Origin: Balanoglossus misakiensis
Lineage: Eukaryota; Animalia; Hemichordata
Direction: 5' to 3'
Length of the DNA: 64,000 bases
Assembly (NCBI GenBank): GCA_040954595.2
Contig: CM082581.2
Coordinates: 10,725,099-10,789,098 of the forward strand
Shown here: in pieces, positions 53,972 to 64,000 of the stretch
How positions within the stretch are numbered: position 1 is the first letter of the stretch
Layout: every line of letters starts with the position of its first letter
Program-made: the position numbers and the translations under genes
Notes under the pieces: model-generated
The model's database searches: none
Told to the model about the DNA's origin: nothing
What the model saw: only the letters and a program-made list of their open reading frames with translations

Positions 53972-54865
53972 GATGTATGTGGTGCCCTCAACTTTACTTT
54001 TGGCCAGAAATCACATCTTTCGTTTGAATCCGTATCGATGATCTTGTCGCCCCGTCCTTGAGACATTCTATCTAGTCATTGAGCCGGGCATGACGTGAAA
54101 GTATTACAATTTCTTGATCGCCTTTAAATTCTGAGAGCGAAAATGTGTTTCCAGTTTAGGTTTAATCATGAGATGGCGCCGCGTCGCGTAACGCGTCTGG
54201 ATTATTTTTAGGATTTTGAATATGAATCCGAAACTGGCTTTGAAATGAAGTCACCGTTCCCCATCCCCGGCCGGGCCACCACCTGTTGGAGTGAAATCCT
54301 TTCTATTATATACATAATATTTATTAAATTTGGGGTGGGGTGTTTCACCACCAAAGTTACCTGATCCGTTTTCAGGATATGCAGAAATGCCCAATTTTAA
54401 TTCGTAGGCAAAATAAATGATAATCCACTATTTTACTAATTGAGTATAATTGTAGTCCTGAATTTGACTTCGTATCTGGTCAAAGGTCAATCAATAGTAG
54501 CCGCAGCCAGCACTGTACGTACTAGTTGCGAGATCGCTATCAGCCGACACCGGGAACAGTTTCCATAGACCGAATACTCTCTACAAAAGCCGATCCTTTA
54601 TCTGATGACCAACACCGTGTTTTCCAGACTCACGATAACTTTTAGAGGGACGATCTGGCGTGTTAGTCACCGACTTCACCAATTTTGAGGCATATAAACT
54701 GGGACCCGCCCATTACAGGCGCGCAGAACGAGTGATAAGGATAAGACCAGAGTCAACTTTGAGCATTCATCGGGCCTGCGTTTGAAGCCTATACGTTGAT
54801 CCTCGTCTCCATCCGATCGGTAACACCGTAGACATTTGATTCGCGCGACGGGAACCTCAGAAAAC
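53972..54865. promoter_or_regulatory. Putative bidirectional promoter between UBLCP1 and clarin paralog 1
   Basis: Head-to-head start codons about 0.9 kb apart; CpG-rich patch with a YY1-like agatggcg near 54171. Confidence 0.5.
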
Positions 54866-56663
54866 ATGCTACCACTACGGAAAGGCTTCTGTTTTCTGGT
54901 TGCAGTAGTCGCTCTAACAGGCACGGCTTTGGTGATTACCAGCACGGCGACGATGCACTGGGTTTGGTCGCATGTGTACAGGAACACGTCGACGAACCCA
55001 GATGATTATGGAAACAACCCACATCTTGAATACCCACAAGACAGGGGCACTTTACTTGGAACACTGTATGTTGGACTGTTCGAAGGAGTTTCATATTTGA
55101 ATTGGGGTGGCGGCGGAAGAAGAGTATATTCAGACAGTAAGTCATCAATGGTGAAGGATTCAAATCGCTAGGCAACGGTTGCCAAGGAAATTTTTGAAAT
55201 AAATGACCTTATTTTAATTAAACATTTCAACTTTCGTGGTCAGCACCAAATTTCTTAATTTCAAAATTAATTAGAGTCAAGAGGTTTTAAAAATCTTTGA
55301 AAAAACAGTAGGTCATACGTAATTCTGGGTGTCCTGAATGTGATATCATATTAACATACAATACTGGAATCCACTTTAGTTCAAAATCAATATTTTGCAT
55401 TTCTGCCAATTGATTGGAAAGGTTTGAAAATATGTAACTTCCATTTGACAGGTGCCAACAACTCGGTTAATGCCACTGGCCATTACCCACATCGCTGTGT
55501 GGTATCTTATCACAAAAAAGCTTTTTATATCAGATTAGGCAGCTATATGTACTGTTACAAAATGGCCAACCTCTAAGAATTTTGAACACCCACTTGTTTG
55601 CATTTCAACTGCCATTCTTGAGTGATTTTCAGGTTCATATTCTGTAATGATAGTGCAGGAGGTCGTGCACTACAAAATTATTAAAATTATTTGTAGTTTA
55701 GTTGATCAATGTGAGCTCAATGCAAATTGTGACGTTGGTACCTGTACATGTACTTACATAATGGGACAATGATAAACTTTGTTGGACTGTTAGAATCAGA
55801 GATACTAGTATAACCAAAGAAATTTACTGTTTAATATTTGACAGTTCATGCCTTATATCATTTGAACTCGGTCTTTGCATTATTTTATTCAAATACACTG
55901 ATCACTTAGAGATGGTCTTCCAGGTCCATGTACATTATACCTATGTGGGTGTGATATTTACAGTCAAATATAAATGTTTATTATAAACACATTATCATTA
56001 TATCTGAAAATTACTTTTCTTTTTTCCAGCTTTCGTATTCATGCAAGGTGTGTTCAATGAAGGCGTGTGGATATCGGTCATTGCGTTCTGTTGTTTGAGT
56101 ATGATCTTTGGAGCCATCACAGTTGTGTTTGCCTGCTACAACACAGTCGTAGTTCCTGTGAACATGGTTACTGGTGTGTTTGGTCTCTATATATGGACTG
56201 GAATAGCAGGTATGTCCTTGATTAGAATTAATGTACCTCCTCCACCCCCCACCCATCTGTACAACTAAACTTGCAAAGGAAAACCTTTAAGGGTAATATT
56301 GAATCATAGATTATACTGACTTGTCTTTGCTCATTTCTGGCACTCACATTCACATTTCCTCTCCCTCTCTCTTTTTTAGCCCTGTGTACTGGAACAGCAA
56401 TGGTACTCTTCATCATAGAATACTACGTTAATCTGGTTGATGGCATTGTGAACGATTACCTGTACGGGGAATTGTGGCGAACACAATGGGTTCATTTCGA
56501 CTACTCTTTCTGGTTGGTGGTTGCCGCATTCTGTCTGTTCACCGGCAATGTGATATTTGTGAAACTGGCTTCGCTCGGTCAGGATGAAGATATAAGCTTT
56601 CCCGTGACCGCAGGACAAGAGACTGGAAAAGGATGCGATGTAGGAATGGTTCTCATGTACTGA
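54866..56663 (+). CDS. CLRN: Clarin-family tetraspan protein, paralog 1
   Basis: Exons: 54866-55136, 56030-56209, 56380-56663. Four hydrophobic segments, GLFEG.SYLNWGGG.R, YNTVVVPVNMVTGVFGLYIW, FDYSFWLV, and a C-terminal ...MVLMY resembling the clarin-1 end (DLMY). Confidence 0.88.
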
Positions 56664-58241
56664 GTACATGTATTTTCAAAATCACAATCATTTATTTTCG
56701 ATATGAATCACCTGTATATATGTTGCCGATCCAGCTACTTTCGTTAGTATTTTGGCAACCCAGGTGAGTGATAAAAATATACATGTATGTACCCGAATTA
56801 CAAGAATGGCAGATTTAAACATCATACAAATATGGACAAAAACACATGAAAAAAACCACATTATTTCAGATCCACACACCACTGTTTATAGTCGCGCACA
56901 TATTTGTAGATTTTTATTCTGTGTGATATGATCCCAGGGTGTATCTATAGATAAAATTGCAAGCAACACTTGACTACCAGTTTATTTTTGGCAAATCAGT
57001 ACGCTCTGTGTATCTTGATGTACAGGGAGAATAAAATCCAACATGTGTCCAAAACATGTGTTGCCAGTCAGTTTAATTAAGTCAGCTTCTATTCATGTTT
57101 GGATTAGGAAAAATCCTGTGTCAAAATATATCATGGAGTTTGGGATTCTATCTTCCTGTTCCCCATTTTTTGAAAATTCATTTGAATGCAGGTCTTGCCG
57201 ATTATGTACAACTCAAATGTCAGGTGAAATTGTATTTTTATACTGAGAGGATGTATACTTGCATTGGTTACTGCCCCACCCCCACCCCAAAAATAAGTGC
57301 AACCTGAATTAGTATGTATTTCTAGGGTGGCAATAATGTATTCTGATTAAACAGTACTGAAGCCATGATGTGTATTGTCCGTTAGCTTGTAAACGGATTT
57401 CAGAAAAGTTTGATTGGCATTAGGTTTTAAAAAGTAACAACTTTGTTCTGTATGCAGTTTGTAAGCCAACTTCGGGAAATAAGATTAACAAGCGAAAGTG
57501 TGAAGTCAATTATTGTGAAAGTAACTCAGTCAAGCTCCCCTCTATAATCACAACTCGCCCAAATTCACATGTACATGTATTTGTAACAAACCTATATACG
57601 TAACAATGGCAATTTATATTTCAGTTTATGTAACATGTCGATTTATATGCCGGTATGTTATTTCCATACATATTTTTTTCAGAAATTTTTCATTTAATTC
57701 CAAGTTGGTCATTCAGCATTATGTTTCACCAGGGTAAAAATATTTTGATATATCAATGAAATATCATCTTCGTGATTTGTCAAGTTTCATTAATCAGAGG
57801 TTTTTCATGCAACTCACCAGCTGTTCTATGTAGCTTAGTTATTTCCTTATTAATGTCAAACCACAATTTTTAAAAAGACAAAACAGTGAAAAGAAGAGAA
57901 TCCAGGGATTTTTTTTTTAATTTGCCAGTATTTGTAGTGTCATTATTTATTTTTTAGGTTTCTTTTGGGGGTACAGTATAGAGCCTCAGGTTGGCATATT
58001 CTACAGTATATTTGACTATAATGCATTCAATGTTTAATGCAGTAAGATTTGATATGTATATTTTATTGTTATGATGGATATGGGGTGGGGGGGGGGGAGT
58101 CTTTTTAAATAAAAAATTGTGCGTGGTACAAAGACAGCAATACCTTCTCAAGTTTTCACAATATTGCAATGTAGAATCATTGTAAATCATTCTTTACTCA
58201 GTTTACTCAATATAATAATGTTAATAATGCACAGTACTTAA

Positions 58242-58568
58242 TGATTTCTATCAAGTTATTTTTAGTACAAATCATGTAATTTGGACTTGTATCATTTATT
58301 TGTTTTACCAGAGATCACTGTTATATATAGCACAATAGGAAAATCATGTGATTTCTATCAAGTTATTTTTAGTACAAATCATGTAATTTGGACTTGTATC
58401 TTTTATTTGTTTTACCAGAGATCACTGTTATATACAGCACAATAGGAAAATCATGTGATTTCTATCAAGTTATTTTTAGTACAAATCATGTAATTTGGAC
58501 TTGTATCTTTTATTTGTTTTACCAGAGATCACTGTTATATATAGCACAATAGGAAAATCATGTGATTT
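58242..58568. repeat. 107-bp tandem repeat x3, near-identical
   Basis: The unit tgatttctatcaagttatttttagtacaaatc...aataggaaaatcatg starts at 58242, 58349 and 58456, with a stub at 58563. Confidence 0.95.
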
Positions 58569-59936
58569 TAAAAATAGAGCAATATAGACTTTAAAATTTT
58601 TTATGAAATTGTCCAGATTGTATAGCTATTTTATCTTTCAGAAAAACAAATTAATAAAAAAAGGTGAAATTCACCTGTGAAAATGTGTTTTACTTTTTAT
58701 GTACTTCCGTGTGAGATATGGAATTTAGAAAATTCAGTTATTGTCACCACCAAGCCATATCCTAATTCACATTACAAGTGGTACGTCTGTAAGATTTGTC
58801 AAAAGAGAATATTGGAAAACACGAACCAGGGTGTCGCAAGGTATTGTCGCATGGGGGCGCTCTAATTTATAATTCGTTTCAACAGGTGGCCATCCCTATC
58901 CCTTTTTAGCCAAAACGTGCGGGCCAACCGAAAAAAAAAACACAGGAAAGAAACATTTATATAAACTCTGATATCTCTGTCTGCAATTTAAACTCACCAT
59001 CGTTCCCAGATTTTTCTTTCCGTACTATATGTGGCCCAAAATATCAAGAACAGGTTTTGTAACTTTCAAAATGATAATACATTTATACACTCACCATGAG
59101 GTTAAACCCAGGTCCATCTAGTTGTGCCGTTCTGCCGTTTTTACGCACCCTTTCATAAATAGCTGCTTGTTCTGCCGGCGACTTTTATACGATTCCGGTA
59201 ATCTACTCAAGTCACAGAATTTCCTTCCGAAGTCTCGCACGTCAACAAATCACTGACACTCATCTCCCAGATACACAGCAAAACAGGGTGACCTCCATTA
59301 CAATTTTCGATACAGGCCTCGTGTTCTTCCAAGACAAGACTAATTTGCATCGTTATGTAAATTTGGTTTTACGTTTTTTGTGTTTATGTCCATGTGCACG
59401 CCTGTACCTATAATATGCAAATGAATATAACTGGCAAATACACCTGTCATCAACATTACTCAATATTCAAATGAATGCTGTACTTCTAACGCCAGGTATA
59501 GACAGCCAGGCCTAACACAAATTTGTGGGTCATTTATGGAACTAATTTCTAGGTTCTTTACATCCTCGGGTTTTTTTTTATTATAAATAAATCACCAAAC
59601 TGTTTGACATGTGTGTCAACATGAACGGAAAGAGAGGAATGGGCCAATTTACCACCAAACTAGAGCAGATCCGCGTATTACTGGGTCACGTCCTCGAAGC
59701 CAGCACATAAAAAATAACAGCATGATATATCTGTTATATTTAGTAGGGTGGTGCAGGGCAGATATTTTTAACTTAATTTATTCATCGTAGTTTGGGTTCA
59801 CATCGTTTGTCCAGGGTTAGTCCACATCATCATCATCGTCAATAACAGGAACACAAATGTCGCAGTTTCGGGATAGACTCCGATTCAATCGACCAACGCC
59901 CATGTTTGGCGATCCGTTTTGATCTTGGAATCCACG

Positions 59937-61293
59937 ATGAGCTCAGTTAGTCCTGCGAAGCATAGGGTTGTTTATTTTTTGTCTGCAAATCTCTGTTTAT
60001 TCGGGTTGCTGCTGTACGCTGGCAGCTTGGCCACCGAGCATCTAATTCAGGGATACGTTTGGAGGAATACGACTTCTACAACTGCGTACATTGGCCGGTA
60101 TCCAGACAGTACTAAAAGCTGCGACCGGGGAGCTTTCTTGGGAACCGTCCATTTCGGCCACTTCTATGGCAAAAAGTGCTTGAATTATGGACTTGGCGTG
60201 AGGATCCGCGAACTAGACAGTGAGAAACACTCTTACCTTTTTCTGATTTACATGAAAATTTTAAAATTATGGAATACTAAGCGTATATATTAATTGTATT
60301 CTATTAGGCCTGTGCATATAAGTTGCAGGACGTCGACAGCTCAGTTTGATTGACCTGGCCATTGGTTGCAAAAACTATTCTTTGCAAAACAATTCAGCGT
60401 TTGACAGTTCATCCTGGACGTTTGGGCCCACAATATTACGTAAACCATGCACCGCAACAGCTGTGTGACCGGGCATATACATTAATAGCATCACATGGTG
60501 CTTATTGAGTTTCAAAATGGATCACCAGACGAACATGGTGATTGATGCAACAGGACGATTAGAAAGGTGTCGTTTATACATGTATTAAATTTCTAGTAAA
60601 CCAATCATCTTATTTCTTATACTTTCTCACCACTTTCAGCTCAAGATTTGTACACGGACATTTACCACTACCGGTTCTGGGTGTTGATGTCCATGCTTGG
60701 TTGCCTGGCAATGGTCACAGCCCTCGCATCCATCGTAGTCAGTCTGTGCATGATGTCTACAGAACCTGGTCGGGGAATGAGCAACTGCGGTGGCAAAGCA
60801 CATCTGATATTGGGCTGTTTACTACGTAAGTGATTCCAGAGATTTTTTAGAAATGTTCTGAGTGGGTTTTGAAGCCCACTTATTCGACTGCAGAACACTA
60901 GAAATAAAACCTTTGGATTAACAATGATTAATGCAAATTCTTATCGATTCTTTTCCATCAATTTCAGCCATTGAGATGATTGGATTGATAGCCATTATCG
61001 TGTATCAGCTCCGCTATCATTTCTCAGCCGGCCTGCTCAAATCCGAAGATGCCGCCGCCCGCTGGACGACAGAACGCGTCTTCCCCGATTACAGTTTCCT
61101 GTTGGTCTTTCTGAGCTGGCTGATGTTCCTCTTCAACTTTCTCCTTCTCATGCTGTCGCACTGCGACCAGTTTTGCAAGGAGAAACAGCGACAGAGCAGG
61201 ATAATGCGCCGAAGAAGCAGCAGTCGAGGCCAACTGCGCTCGTTCACCAAGGAATGTCTCAGAAATGACGAAGTATCCGTGGAATCATTCTGA
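59937..61293 (+). CDS. CLRN: Clarin-family tetraspan protein, paralog 2 (divergent)
   Basis: Exons: 59937-60219, 60640-60825, 60968-61293. Same intron positions and phases as paralog 1. Shared V.RNTS...YP..DRG..LGT..G.F.G...LN.G.G.R and DYSF.LV. Confidence 0.82.
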
Positions 61294-63224
61294 CCAAAAG
61301 GAACAAGCTGAAATATCCATGTGAACTTTCTGATAAAAATCATGCTTTCTTCCAAAGTCCATTCATCTTGGGTTTGTAACTTTTGCAAAAACAATCATAA
61401 ACCACGTACCACGAACATTATGTGTAACATGGCGTTTTTAATGCATACATGAATCAAACTGCACAATTTCACGATATCAAGCGAATCCAGAAATTTACAT
61501 AATAAAGTAACCCAAAAGAGTTTTAATTTCCTATCCTAGTTGATGATCTCTCTAATCAATAGCATACGGTAGACATTATTTTGATAATTTTAAGGATACG
61601 AGTTTTCTTGTAAAATTGCAAGTTACAAGACTGGTAGCCTGAAAAAAAAACTCACAAAAATATATTTATGTATTGTAAGATACGACTGAATTGTGCAAGT
61701 CTTGAGTATTCTTGGAATTATTTACACATGTTGGAATTGGTCAAGTATAGATGTTGATATATTTACAGAAAAATGATATACGTTATTTCAGAATGCGAAT
61801 TCTGTAGAACTTCAGAATGGTTTGTCCTGTTCCACAGAAAATATATAACAACGTGTTCCTTGCTCCAAAGTGCATGGGGCAAGGAACTATGGGCGGTTGT
61901 AAAGTGCGCCCTCAAGCATCAGACATTTCTGTCCTGTTTTGTGGGGTGGTTGACGTCAGGAGCACGGCAGACAAGAGTCCAGACTTCAACACACTATGAA
62001 AATAACATTGTTTGAATTAACCACAAGTCAATATTCCTAATATAAAACAGACAATTTTAGTGTACAGTTTATATTAAAAGATGAGATGGGCCCATAGCTA
62101 TATCACTTGAGTGAAAACTCAAGTGATATAACTATCCGATTTGACAGCATAAAGATCAAAAGTTTTGACGAATAACAACCATGGTCCACAGGGTTTATGT
62201 GCATATTAAAAACAGCCCAAAAGAGCAGATTACAAACTGAATTGTGATTAACTGGAAATATCGGTAAAACAACAGAAATGATGATCAGTTGTTTACACAA
62301 ATACACTGAATAATATTTTAGGTACATGTATATGGTTATGCATGTGAAAGGAGGAAAATAACTTTACTAAAATCTGATTGCACTAAACGAAAAAACACCA
62401 ACCAATCAAAAGTCACTTTTCTTATGGAGTGTAATATACATATTTTAGTATTTAAATTATTAAGAACTTTACAAGTCTAATAAAAGCAATTTCGAGCTAA
62501 AGTAACATACACACAAAAAAGTACAGACCCGGCAAAAAACTTTCATGATGGGAAAAACACTGATGTAATCTGATCGTTCTGTACAGCTGCTAACAGGGTA
62601 TTACCGATAAAAAGTTAAGGAGAGGTCTGTCATTGATGAAGAAATTCACTCAAAACACTTGAAGAGGACAGGAACAAAATAGAGCAAAAAAAAAATATCA
62701 TATAAAATGGGAAAAACTTTGACATCGCACGCAATCCTCATATTCCACAACAGATTTCTGACAAAAAGTTACAAAAACAGCATTTTGCAGAAAGCGGTCC
62801 ACTCACTACGATACAAAACTTAATTTCAATGAGAACTCATATTAGTTTCACACAAATAAATAAGCATAAACCAGCTATCATACGCTTTCACCTGAGGACC
62901 AATTTTAATTTGATTCCATGAAACGGAATAATTACTCTATGCTAATTAAGAAAAAAACATAATTACCCATATACACAAGTTATAAATATTGCCATAATTG
63001 TACGTATATTTTTTCTTCTTCAAAAATCAACCCACGTTACCTACAGGGGGAGGGTGACGTGAAAAAAAATCACCAACTTTGTTTTTCCGTCATTCTTTTT
63101 TTTTATATAAAAAAACATCTGTACAGATAAGTTTACTTGTTCAATCCTCATAGAGACTGAATCATATTGCACTAACACTGGAGATTTGATTGCGTTTAAG
63201 AGACTGTTTCTGAATATGTCCGTG

Positions 63225-64000
63225 TTATAGGTTTTTGAATCGAGAGGAAAATCCTATCCTGCTGCGCTCTCCCGCCCACGATTTCGATTTCATGCGAAAG
63301 TGTCTCAAGTCGTGGGTGTGGTCCTTGTCCAGCATCTCTTTGTAGGTCTGTGGCTCACAAAGATCCTGCAGAGAGAAAAAATCAGTTTTAATTAATACAA
63401 TTGCATACATATTTCTCACCTAGTTTGTTGACATAATACTGCCTTTTATCCAGCAAAACAATATGTCAAAAAAAAAAACATGACCTGACAACACAATCTA
63501 CTTTTTCTTACATACAGTCGACTTCACAAGATATTCCCAAAAAATCCTCACCTTGCAACTCTGAAAGAATGCCTTGTATCCGCCCTCTATCAAATACAAC
63601 TCTGGATAATACAAAGCCGGATAATTGTCCTTGTTCAAGTCACGGTCCTTGTTTCGGAGAAATCGACAGAGATTTGGTGCTCTGTTGGACGAAAACTCAC
63701 AATGGAAAACAATGATGTGTCTCTTTTGGGTTTTGCCGAGGCTTTGTATCTTTGCATGCGACAGGAATTTTTCCATGACATCCTCTTTTTTATACACATT
63801 TTCCGCTCCCTGAAAGAGGTAAAAGAAAATTCAGTTTATTTCAAAAATTAGAAATTTCCCCCACCATGAAATAGTGGGTGCCCATTATTAAAAAAACGTC
63901 ACCAAACGCATAGAAAAATGTGTTAATATTCTTTTCAAGCAAATATAAGATTTTTTGGCGCTTATACTTACATCAATATGTCCTCCTTGGTATTCATAAG
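63225..64000 (-). CDS. CDC25: CDC25 M-phase inducer phosphatase, 3' end (partial)
   Basis: Exons: >64000-63972 (YEYQGGHID), 63809-63552 (GAENVY...[13 protein letters not shown]...LRNKDR...[20 protein letters not shown]), 63365-63225 (LCEPQTY...[11 protein letters not shown]...stop). Rhodanese-fold CX5R motif. Confidence 0.96.

Overview
Eukaryotic, intron-rich, AT-rich animal genomic DNA, probably from a marine invertebrate deuterostome (inferred from gene content and repeats; not proven). The right half (34-64 kb) is a compact gene block, which I reconstructed by hand from splice sites and phases. In order it holds: a heparanase-like GH79 glycosidase (+), three SLC49A3/MFSD7-like MFS transporter paralogs (+,+,-), UBLCP1 (-), two clarin-family genes (+,+) and the 3' end of a CDC25 phosphatase (-). 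The left half looks empty in the ORF track but hides a large-intron minus-strand gene. Its four phase-compatible exons give a signal peptide plus fibronectin type III repeats, and it probably continues beyond position 1. The most striking observation is in the heparanase gene: two tandem, homologous 112-nt exons (36850-36961 and 37025-37136). Both end in a non-canonical GC donor and are separated by only 63 nt. Including both or skipping both breaks the frame, which is the architecture of a mutually exclusive exon switch. The switched segment carries a substrate-binding loop, in an enzyme whose uronate-binding residues are already remodelled. No rRNA, tRNA, CRISPR array or autonomous transposon was recognised. 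All gene models and homologies come from reading and recall, without searches or RNA data.
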